DNA from: Kagunavirus PDP21P8
Reading direction: 5' to 3' (one strand)
Sequence record: OZ035783.1
DNA: 43,594 nucleotides
Position numbers and translations under genes: made by a program. The notes under the pieces are model-generated. The model was given only the letters and a program-made list of their open reading frames with translations. It was not told the origin of the DNA and made no database searches. This document shows, piece after piece, positions 36,275-43,081 of this stretch (the stretch's first letter is position 1; every line of letters begins with the position of its first letter).

Positions 36275-36305
36275 CTTATCGAAACGAGACAGAGGAGTGA
36301 GGGTT

Positions 36306-36500
36306 ATGTTTAAACGTGGTCAGTTGGCTAAAACGAAGCGAGGCGAACAGTACGTAATAGTGTTGCAGGACGAGAACGAGTATGACGAGGATAAGCTGGT
36401 TGACGTATGGGGTCTGGTAAGAAAGAAACCCGGGTTCGCCTTACGCGATAATCTGAAACTCATCGGCAACAATTTTAAATTCAAAGGGGATAACACGTGA
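36306..36500 (+). CDS. hypothetical early protein
   Basis: SD AGAGGAG 9 nt upstream of ATG 36306. Confidence 0.5.
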   Translation: MFKRGQLAKTKRGEQYVIVLQDENEYDEDKLVDVWGLVRKKPGFALRDNLKLIGNNFKFKGDNT

Positions 36501-36754
36501 TGGAAGAACTAATTTGTATTGAATCCAGCCAGGATGTGCAGGATTGGTTTGTTAAAGGTAACAGATATTCGTCCGGAGTATATTCCGACGGCCGTCGATA
36601 TGTTTTAGACGAAGACGGTGATGAATGGGATTTAAATGACGATGTAAGAGAAACTTTAACCGTTAGCAGGGTCAATGCTGTTTCTGCCTCATTCACAACG
36701 GCATCGAATCATGATGCTCGTGCCGACGACTCTGAGGGAGGTTGCCGTGAATAA
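36500..36754 (+). CDS. hypothetical acidic early protein
   Basis: ATG overlaps upstream stop (TGATG); Asp/Glu-rich. Confidence 0.5.
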   Translation: MEELICIESSQDVQDWFVKGNRYSSGVYSDGRRYVLDEDGDEWDLNDDVRETLTVSRVNAVSASFTTASNHDARADDSEGGCRE

Positions 36755-36802
36755 TTACCCGTTTATTTTAATAGTCAGCGCCGTTTATGTGGTGCATGCG
36801 TT

Positions 36803-37036
36803 ATGGGGGCTGGTATGAGAAAACACATAATAAAGGTAGACCATCTGGACGGAGTTAAATTGCCGACGAATAAAGTAGAAACGTGGTGTGGGGTCACTCC
36901 ATCGTACGGTGAATGGCTGTTCCAGGATGCTCAACACGCCTTAATTGCTGTAGAAAACGGATTCAGGCAAGAGCCTTGCGCACAGTGCTTATCCGCTATC
37001 GCCCAGATCGCAACTCAGGCGTTAAGTGAGGACTAA
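36803..37036 (+). CDS. hypothetical early protein
   Basis: 77 aa ORF, Cys-containing. Confidence 0.5.
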   Translation: MGAGMRKHIIKVDHLDGVKLPTNKVETWCGVTPSYGEWLFQDAQHALIAVENGFRQEPCAQCLSAIAQIATQALSED

Positions 37037-37187
37037 GTTATGAGAGAAGCATTCGAACGGTGGGCTGTCGTAGAGGGTCTGCCGGTTAACAAGGGTTCGA
37101 AGAAATAGTACCTGAACGTTAAGACGCGTCTCGCATGGCGGGCGTGGAAAGCTGGTGTGCAATCCTTGATTGAAAGAGGTGTGAGAT

Positions 37188-37376
37188 ATGAGTAAGTGGA
37201 TTAAGTGTAGTGAGAGGATGCCGGAAGAGCTTGAGGATGTACTGGTTACTGATGGTAGGTCTGTAGAAGTTATGTACCTCAGATTAGGCCTCTGGTACGT
37301 AACATCCCCGGATTCTGCTATTTGTGGGGATGAGGTTACACACTGGATGCCGCTACCAGAGCCGCCGGAAGTGTGA
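37188..37376 (+). CDS. DUF551-like protein
   Basis: C-terminal VTHWMPLPEPPE is the characteristic DUF551 ending. Confidence 0.55.
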   Translation: MSKWIKCSERMPEELEDVLVTDGRSVEVMYLRLGLWYVTSPDSAICGDEVTHWMPLPEPPEV

Positions 37377-37409
37377 TGTTCAATAGTTTGAGATTTTACT
37401 GAGTGACTT

Positions 37410-37448
37410 ACGCTGCTGAGTAGCAGCGTATCATTTTTCTCATTTTTG
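37410..37448 (+). terminator. rho-independent terminator
   Basis: ACGCTGCT-gagt-AGCAGCGT perfect hairpin followed by T-rich run. Confidence 0.55.
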
Positions 37449-37500
37449 TTCTATTTCACGAAACGCAACAATAGAAGCGACTATTGCGGGAGATGCAACA

Positions 37501-37671
37501 ATGGAACTGAATGACATCGTAACCTGGACCGGTAGAAACGGAGAAAAGCGATTCGGGCTTATTGTTGCGTCAGACGGCAACAAGTACCGTGTTATGCGAT
37601 GGCGTCAGTGGGCACGACGCCCGAGGTACTACTGGATTCGTGGCGAACGATTATCGTTAAAACACCAATAA
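37501..37671 (+). CDS. small basic protein
   Basis: 56 aa, SD GGGAGA; preceded by AATAG/CTATT half-sites at 37451-37485. Confidence 0.35.
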   Translation: MELNDIVTWTGRNGEKRFGLIVASDGNKYRVMRWRQWARRPRYYWIRGERLSLKHQ

Positions 37672-37678
37672 AATTTAC

Positions 37679-37710
37679 TTGTACACTGGGATAGAATAGG
37701 CTACTATTCA
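37679..37710 (+). promoter_or_regulatory. early-type promoter with AATAG-N4-CTATT operator
   Basis: TTGTAC-17 nt-TACTAT with GAATAG-gcta-CTATT; 28 nt upstream of ATG 37739. Confidence 0.45.
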
Positions 37711-37738
37711 TTTACACAAACGAGAGGAGAGACGGAAG

Positions 37739-37876
37739 ATGGGCGGGTACGGTAGCTGGGCATTAGGTGAACTGGTAGACGCTTACGAAATAATGGGTAG
37801 CACTTCGGTATGCGACGGTGACACTAAATCGCTGCTAGTCGGGGTCGATGAGAAAAGGGGTGAAGACGATGAATAA
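37739..37876 (+). CDS. small hypothetical protein
   Basis: 45 aa, SD GAGAGGAGAG. Confidence 0.3.
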   Translation: MGGYGSWALGELVDAYEIMGSTSVCDGDTKSLLVGVDEKRGEDDE

Positions 37877-38024
37877 TTTCGTGGTGCAAGCAATGTACGC
37901 TGAGGAAATGGCAAAAAGTATGTTAGAGCAAACATTACATTTCGCTAAGCTGCAAGGGTTCGACGTACAGACAGTAGGCGACGAAATAGTATTGACCGAG
38001 AAGTCGGAGAACGGCGATGAGTAA
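37869..38024 (+). CDS. small hypothetical protein
   Basis: 51 aa, overlapping neighbours by 8 nt on each side. Confidence 0.3.
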   Translation: MNNFVVQAMYAEEMAKSMLEQTLHFAKLQGFDVQTVGDEIVLTEKSENGDE

Positions 38025-38715
38025 CAATGACGCAGTAATCGAGTTCCTGTTTAACCAACTACAGCAGCAGCTAACGAACAACCCATACAAGCAACAGTGC
38101 GAAGACCTGGCGCATGAGGTGCAGTCACTTAAGAATCAGTTACGTGATGCTTCGGCGCAGATTAAGGAGTTGCAGGAAGACAACATAAGGAAATCTGAGC
38201 ACATATCGCACCTGTCGGGACTGGTGGACGAGTTGATGGGGACTATAACGTTAATGAACGGGGACGTTGAGGCTTACAAAGTTCTACGCAAATGTGCGTG
38301 CGCCTATGGGCAATCCGGTTGTCGCGACGACGCCGCTCATATCGAGAAATCGTGGATTGAGCACGCTGGCGCCGCATGCCCTGTACCGGACGATACTGTT
38401 GTTGATATTAAATTCCGAAACGGCAAAATGGAAAGTAATACCAAAGCGCTATGGTGGAGTTGGGGCCTAAATGGCGGACCATACGAAATTGTTGCGTACC
38501 GTGTTGCCGCGCAACAATGCAATAAGGACGATACTCGTGAGTGCGCGCATGATTGGGTGCTGGACGAAAAAGGGGACTACTTCATTTGCGCTAAATGCGG
38601 TAAGCAAGAAGCTGAATTAATTGATTGCCGACACACTAATACCGTTGGTTTGCGTAAGGGTTTTGCGCCGGGGTTTACTAAAAAGTGTCTGGATTGCGGG
38701 GCTAAACTGAAATGA
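38017..38715 (+). CDS. coiled-coil / zinc-ribbon protein (paralog family)
   Basis: N-terminal coiled coil; YGQSGCR motif; C-terminal C-x-H ... C-x-x-C-G-K ribbons. Confidence 0.5.
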   Translation: MSNNDAVIEFLFNQLQQQLTNNPYKQQCEDLAHEVQSLKNQLRDASAQIKELQEDNIRKSEHISHLSGLVDELMGTITLMNGDVEAYKVLRKCACAYGQSGCRDDAAHIEKSWIEHAGAACPVPDDTVVDIKFRNGKMESNTKALWWSWGLNGGPYEIVAYRVAAQQCNKDDTRECAHDWVLDEKGDYFICAKCGKQEAELIDCRHTNTVGLRKGFAPGFTKKCLDCGAKLK

Positions 38716-38915
38716 CCAGCATTTTATTTATTTGGGTATTGTCCGCTGGCCAGATGCACCTCACGGCATCAGAAACGTTTTACTCGATGGAGGCGTGCCA
38801 GTCAGCGGCACGCGCCGCAGAGAACGCGCACTTCCTGTTTCAGGGCGACAAGCCAAACGATTCAGAGGTACGCGCTATCTGCTCACCTAAGCGACTTGGT
38901 AAACAGGAGAAGTGA
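38712..38915 (+). CDS. small secreted/membrane protein
   Basis: 67 aa with hydrophobic N-terminus; ATGA-coupled. Confidence 0.4.
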   Translation: MTSILFIWVLSAGQMHLTASETFYSMEACQSAARAAENAHFLFQGDKPNDSEVRAICSPKRLGKQEK

Positions 38916-39316
38916 TTGTGGTACAGAGATATGAGTTTAGAGCTGTGTGTGTTAACTCGTGCCACCCGTATCATGAGCTGGTTAAGAGTGACGAAGGCGA
39001 CTGGATAAGTTACGAAGATTACAAGGAACTGGACGACAGTTTCCAGGACTACATAACCACTACGGATATGGAAATAGAGGGGCTTGTGTCAAGACTGGCA
39101 GAAGTAAACGCCGAGTTACAGAAATACAAGGACCAGTTCCCGGATTATGTAGAGTTCGCGAACTGTAGGTCAGTTACACATGTGGAAGGAGTTGAAGACG
39201 CTATGGGGCAATCCGGTTGCCGTAAAGAAGACGCCCAAGAATGTGAACACGTGTGGAATAGGTACATTGTACACCCTCACAGAAAGATATGTTTAGTATG
39301 CGGGGTGAAGGAATGA
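38912..39316 (+). CDS. coiled-coil / zinc-ribbon protein (paralog family)
   Basis: MGQSGCRKEDA and ECEHVW...ICLVCG motifs shared with 38017-38715. Confidence 0.5.
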   Translation: MIVVQRYEFRAVCVNSCHPYHELVKSDEGDWISYEDYKELDDSFQDYITTTDMEIEGLVSRLAEVNAELQKYKDQFPDYVEFANCRSVTHVEGVEDAMGQSGCRKEDAQECEHVWNRYIVHPHRKICLVCGVKE

Positions 39317-39606
39317 CACTTGCAACTGACATCCTGAAACGAAGCGGCATTGCGCCGCTGTCACCGAGAGCTAAAACACAGATATACAAGCGCCGAGGTA
39401 ACGCGCTGTACCCCGAGATTCAGGCCAGACGCAAAGCTGTCCGCGCCTGCGGATTCCAGAACGGGAAGGCCGTGAATCTCGGTGAGTTTAAAACACAGGA
39501 ACGCGCAGCTATCGCTAATCGGCTATTTAATTACTGGAAATCGCTGGGGTACGATGATATTCCGACGAAACCGCAGAGACGGCAATACATCTGGAGACAC
39601 AAATAA
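39313..39606 (+). CDS. hypothetical basic protein
   Basis: ATG 39313 overlaps upstream stop (ATGA). Confidence 0.4.
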   Translation: MTLATDILKRSGIAPLSPRAKTQIYKRRGNALYPEIQARRKAVRACGFQNGKAVNLGEFKTQERAAIANRLFNYWKSLGYDDIPTKPQRRQYIWRHK

Positions 39607-39681
39607 ACCGTTATTAGGATAATTCCTACCCGTGGTATCCTCCAGTTACTGCATACTTAATACGCACCTGGAGGATTCATC

Positions 39682-39990
39682 TTGGATAAATTTACTGAAA
39701 CAGTGACGGGCTGGCTTCTCGCTGCCGCACTCGCCGGAGGGGTCATCGGACTACGACAACATAAGTCCGCTATTTCCGGCCCTATCGACGGATTCTGCTT
39801 TATTGCTACTGGCTTCACTTGCGCCGTATTCGGTGCACCTCTCGCTGCCCAATGGTTTGGCATCACAGGCGAGCGTGAAATCGCTGGCCTCGGATTCATC
39901 ATTGCCATTCTCTGGATGCCTATTTATTCCCGTCTCTCCGGTATTGTTGCCGGAGAATACATCTCACGTCGAGGAGGCCCGGATGAATGA
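39682..39990 (+). CDS. holin (putative)
   Basis: 102 aa with multiple TM segments, TTG start with SD GGAGGA; immediately upstream of endolysin. Confidence 0.55.
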   Translation: MDKFTETVTGWLLAAALAGGVIGLRQHKSAISGPIDGFCFIATGFTCAVFGAPLAAQWFGITGEREIAGLGFIIAILWMPIYSRLSGIVAGEYISRRGGPDE

Positions 39991-40255
39991 GTTATTCTGG
40001 TTCGCCGTAATGTTGGCGATGGGCGCTTCGTCCCTGTTCAACGTGTATAATGAATGTGTTGACGACGGGCTATTCGGTCGGGTGCTCTATATCCTGACTG
40101 CTATCGTCTGCGCCGCCGGATGTATCCACCTGTTACAGGGCAGCATGTCACCTACGCTGCCAGAAACCTTAATCACATTAGTTGCGCTGCGCCAGATTCG
40201 TCAGGCGTGGCTGTCATACGGAGGACATAAGCGTGTCTCGAAATATTTCAGATAA
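39983..40255 (+). CDS. lysis-associated membrane protein (holin/antiholin partner, putative)
   Basis: 90 aa, two TM segments, overlaps both neighbours. Confidence 0.4.
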   Translation: MNELFWFAVMLAMGASSLFNVYNECVDDGLFGRVLYILTAIVCAAGCIHLLQGSMSPTLPETLITLVALRQIRQAWLSYGGHKRVSKYFR

Positions 40256-40718
40256 TGGATTGCATTTTACCGCTGCGTTTGAGGGATTCCGTGGAACCGC
40301 GTATCGTGCTACACCAAACGAGAAGTACTTAACCACAGGCTACGGGCACTACGGGCCAGACGTGACCCCCGGTAAAACCATCACCCCGGGCCAAGGCCTC
40401 CTGTTACTGAATCGCGATATGGCTAAAGCCGTAGCTGCGGTTGATGCAGCAGCACACCATTCATTGACACAGGCACAGTTCGATGCAGTGTGCGACCTGG
40501 TGTATAACGCTGGTGCTGGTGCCATTGCGGCTACTACAGGCACGGGTAAGGCCCTGCGTTCCGGTGATATTTCGACGCTGCGGGCTAAGCTGACGCTGTT
40601 CATCAACCAGAACGGCAAACCGTTACTCGGCCTGCGTCGCCGTACCGCAGGCCGCCTGGCGCTGTTCGATGGTAAGCCGTGGCAAGAGGCTGAGGCTATC
40701 GGGAGGGCTGTTAAATGA
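40233..40718 (+). CDS. endolysin, GH24 lysozyme-like
   Basis: GTG 40233 with SD GGAGGA; AAFEGFRGTAY...TTGYGH matches phage lysozyme signature. Confidence 0.75.
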   Translation: MSRNISDNGLHFTAAFEGFRGTAYRATPNEKYLTTGYGHYGPDVTPGKTITPGQGLLLLNRDMAKAVAAVDAAAHHSLTQAQFDAVCDLVYNAGAGAIAATTGTGKALRSGDISTLRAKLTLFINQNGKPLLGLRRRTAGRLALFDGKPWQEAEAIGRAVK

Positions 40719-40846
40719 TGGACGAATATGAAGGCGTTTAGTAAACTTATCCCTACGCTGTTTGTGCTTGCATACTAAGCCCCGGTAAACCCGAAGCAGC
40801 AGCCCAAGCGGTGGAGACTGCGTAGGGTTCAGGGGCTTATGACCGA

Positions 40847-40876
40847 AACCCGGACCGCGAATCCGGGTTTTATTTT
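40847..40876 (+). terminator. rho-independent terminator
   Basis: AACCCGGA-loop-TCCGGGTT followed by TTTTATTTT. Confidence 0.65.
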
Positions 40877-40881
40877 ACCAA

Positions 40882-40910
40882 TTGACACCTAAGACTAATC
40901 CGACGATACT
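40882..40910 (+). promoter_or_regulatory. putative sigma70-like promoter
   Basis: TTGACA-17 nt-GATACT. Confidence 0.3.
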
Positions 40911-40916
40911 TAAATC

Positions 40917-40981
40917 ACCTCCTGTTCCATCCCTCTGCTCTCCAGTTTTATCCCGGCCCTGACCCAGCCGGGATTTTTTTT
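40917..40981 (+). ncRNA. candidate ~65-nt small RNA
   Basis: no ORF; pyrimidine-rich CACCUCCUGUUCCAUCCCUCUGCUCUCC then strong terminator hairpin. Confidence 0.2.
40950..40981 (+). terminator. rho-independent terminator
   Basis: ATCCCGGC-9 nt loop-GCCGGGAT followed by eight T. Confidence 0.7.
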
Positions 40982-41003
40982 ATCTGTTTTCCACAATGAC
41001 TAG

Positions 41004-41032
41004 TTGACTATTATCTACGACCCTATTATATC
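41004..41032 (+). promoter_or_regulatory. putative sigma70-like promoter
   Basis: TTGACT-17 nt-TATATC with two CTATTAT elements; upstream of small-gene block. Confidence 0.4.
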
Positions 41033-41065
41033 TACTTCATCGACAACGAGAACGGAGTAGAGAAG

Positions 41066-41143
41066 ATGAGTAACTTCCATAATGAACGTGTGATGCAGTT
41101 CTATCGCAATAATCTGAAAACTAAAGGGGTTTTTGGGAAATGA
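41066..41143 (+). CDS. very small ORF (25 aa)
   Basis: SD GGAGTAGAGAAG; overlaps next ORF start. Confidence 0.25.
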   Translation: MSNFHNERVMQFYRNNLKTKGVFGK

Positions 41144-41289
41144 AAATCACAGATATCGATGCATTCGAAGACGCGCAACTGATGGCACGCATCGCCGTTG
41201 GTAACCTTAGCGGTAATATCCCGGCCGACGCGTTCTGGGCCGCCGCGATGCAGGCACTGAAAGCAGCTTATGCAGGAGAGAAGAAATGA
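41140..41289 (+). CDS. small hypothetical protein (49 aa)
   Basis: translationally coupled chain of small ORFs. Confidence 0.3.
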   Translation: MKITDIDAFEDAQLMARIAVGNLSGNIPADAFWAAAMQALKAAYAGEKK

Positions 41290-41441
41290 GCGAACAAGGC
41301 CCAGTAAGCCAGCCGTTACGAGTAGGCCGTAAAGTCAATCACACCCCGTTCCCGACACGCGAGGAACTGATGAAACGTAACAGTTTCCCAGGGCCGGACA
41401 AGAACAAGTATCTCAATCGCATGTGGGGAGAGCGTAAATAA
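41286..41441 (+). CDS. small hypothetical protein (51 aa)
   Basis: ATGA overlap with upstream ORF. Confidence 0.3.
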   Translation: MSEQGPVSQPLRVGRKVNHTPFPTREELMKRNSFPGPDKNKYLNRMWGERK

Positions 41442-41614
41442 TGACTAACAACGAATACGAGAAACTCAGCGTAGAATCCGCGACTGGTGAATCTGAAATA
41501 GTGTGGATTGACGCCCACATAGAGCACCACTTACGGCAGGTAGATAAACTTATGGAGCGCCGCCGTGAACTGATTAACCGCTTCAATCTGAACAAAGGTG
41601 ACACCAATGCCTAA
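41441..41614 (+). CDS. small hypothetical protein (57 aa)
   Basis: TAATG overlap with upstream ORF. Confidence 0.3.
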   Translation: MTNNEYEKLSVESATGESEIVWIDAHIEHHLRQVDKLMERRRELINRFNLNKGDTNA

Positions 41615-41846
41615 AATCACAATCGCATCGCTGGAGCGCCGTATTCTGGTGCTTGAGTCAGAGAAACAGACGTTAGGAGGGCAATTGTCGATTAACGGTG
41701 AATTTCAACTGGAGGCGTTTAAGATGTTGCTTGATAAGTTGAAAGCGGACGAAAAGCCTTGCGAGCACGATTACTACCTACATGTGGTTGGTGGATTACA
41801 TCGGGCCACGTGCATCAAATGCGGTAAAGCGTATGGAGTCGCCTAA
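41607..41846 (+). CDS. coiled-coil / zinc-ribbon protein (paralog family)
   Basis: C-terminal PCEHDYYLHVVGGLHRATCIKCGK matches the ribbon module of 38017-38715 and 38912-39316. Confidence 0.45.
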   Translation: MPKITIASLERRILVLESEKQTLGGQLSINGEFQLEAFKMLLDKLKADEKPCEHDYYLHVVGGLHRATCIKCGKAYGVA

Positions 41847-42015
41847 GCCGGTAGTTATTGAGGGCGTCCTGTGGAAACCTTACTCGGTTAACCACATCGA
41901 CGCCGACGGGAAGAAGTTCAGCTTCTACATTTTTGCAATTAGCCGGGAGCACGCCGCTTGTGTGGTAGACGATATACGAGAAACGGCGTGGCTTGGTGAT
42001 GAGATAGTGGGGTAA
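41833..42015 (+). CDS. hypothetical protein
   Basis: 60 aa from ATG 41833. Confidence 0.35.
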   Translation: MESPKPVVIEGVLWKPYSVNHIDADGKKFSFYIFAISREHAACVVDDIRETAWLGDEIVG

Positions 42016-42019
42016 GAGT

Positions 42020-42103
42020 ATGAGTCTAGAGGTGGTTATCGGTCTGGTTGGTCTTAGTTACTTCGTTGGGCTGTTGGTCGGGTTTATGTGGGGTAGATAC
42101 TAA
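42020..42103 (+). CDS. small hydrophobic peptide (27 aa)
   Basis: MSLEVVIGLVGLSYFVGLLVGFMWGRY, single TM helix; weak RBS. Confidence 0.25.
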   Translation: MSLEVVIGLVGLSYFVGLLVGFMWGRY

Positions 42104-42273
42104 TGTTCAGTGACATCAACGCGGCAATCGAAGAAGCAATCTGGCGTCGCTACAACGGCGAACAACAGCGCCACTTCTGCCTGGTGCAACGTGGAAACAT
42201 GATTGCTGTGGTGCAGGACCGTGATAACAAATATCCGAATGCGATGTGGACAACAAGGAATTTCTTAGGATGA
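42103..42273 (+). CDS. small hypothetical protein (56 aa)
   Basis: TAATG overlap upstream, ATGA-type overlap downstream. Confidence 0.3.
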   Translation: MFSDINAAIEEAIWRRYNGEQQRHFCLVQRGNMIAVVQDRDNKYPNAMWTTRNFLG

Positions 42274-42545
42274 TTACCAGCATTCCGAACCTGATTAAAG
42301 AATTTGGCACGATGGCGGAGACATGTCGGCAAACCGGCATCAACGAAATGACGATTGCCAAGTACCGCAACGACGTGAACTGCGAGCGCCACGTAATTTA
42401 TAACAACCGTCTGATGACACATGTTAAGACAAGCCCGGTGTTATTCACGCGCCGGGGTATAACTAAAACTGAGCAACGCATTGCTAAAGAGGAGAGTGGG
42501 GATGAGCGAAAAACTATTGTTACTTATGCTGCATACGCTTCTTGA
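42270..42545 (+). CDS. putative DNA-binding protein
   Basis: TMAETCRQTGINEMTIAKYRN resembles an HTH. Confidence 0.4.
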   Translation: MITSIPNLIKEFGTMAETCRQTGINEMTIAKYRNDVNCERHVIYNNRLMTHVKTSPVLFTRRGITKTEQRIAKEESGDERKTIVTYAAYAS

Positions 42546-42702
42546 CGACAACGGGCAGGTGGTATTCCAGTTTATCGGGCGCGATGACCTCCTAATCGAC
42601 GTCTCTGATGGAACATTTGCTATTGGCGACGAGTTTGTAGAAAGAGGGGATGCGTTCCAGTATCTAAGCGATAATTACGACGTACTGGTAGATATTTGCT
42701 GA
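42502..42702 (+). CDS. small strongly acidic protein
   Basis: 66 aa, 14 Asp/Glu vs 3 Arg/Lys; SD AGAGGAGAG. Confidence 0.4.
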   Translation: MSEKLLLLMLHTLLDDNGQVVFQFIGRDDLLIDVSDGTFAIGDEFVERGDAFQYLSDNYDVLVDIC

Positions 42703-42817
42703 TGAGACTACTAATCATCCCTAACGCCCGGACCATTCCCGTAGCTAACGACCATTACGGCGGTGATGGTAAAAGAGCACCACGACATGGCATATACAAC
42801 TGATTGGAGAGCGAGAG

Positions 42818-42958
42818 ATGAAAGATATTCTGGATAAAATAAGTGACTGGATTGTAGCTAAACCATACCGGTATTGGGTCGCGCAATGGTTGCTGAACTG
42901 CGTTACGTTCTTCGCCGCATGTGTTACAATAGCCTTCGTATTTAAGGCTATCTCCTGA
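42818..42958 (+). CDS. small membrane protein (46 aa)
   Basis: SD TGGAGAG; C-terminal TM helix. Confidence 0.3.
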   Translation: MKDILDKISDWIVAKPYRYWVAQWLLNCVTFFAACVTIAFVFKAIS

Positions 42959-42963
42959 CCAAC

Positions 42964-42986
42964 AAGCCCTCTACGGAGGGCTTTTC
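42964..42986 (+). terminator. rho-independent terminator
   Basis: AGCCCTC-tacg-GAGGGCT followed by TTTT. Confidence 0.6.
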
Positions 42987-43016
42987 TGTACATCTCGCCT
43001 AATCCCCTTATATAAT
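42987..43016 (+). promoter_or_regulatory. putative promoter upstream of terS
   Basis: TGTACA-18 nt-TATAAT; followed by nested inverted repeats. Confidence 0.4.
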
Positions 43017-43081
43017 CCCTTTAGACGCGTAGGGCGCGTCTGATGCGCTCTGATGGTCAGACGCATATGCAAGGGGATTCT

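Noticed and set aside
35925-36275. 116-aa minus-strand ORF in the divergent control region
   Set aside because: Its only start is a GTG inside the operator/promoter element with no RBS; region treated as regulatory or non-coding.
40841-40880. Possible tRNA T-arm-like sequence (GCGAATCCGGGTT)
   Set aside because: No acceptor stem or anticodon arm can be formed and the loop lacks the TTC start; hairpin plus T-run fits a terminator.
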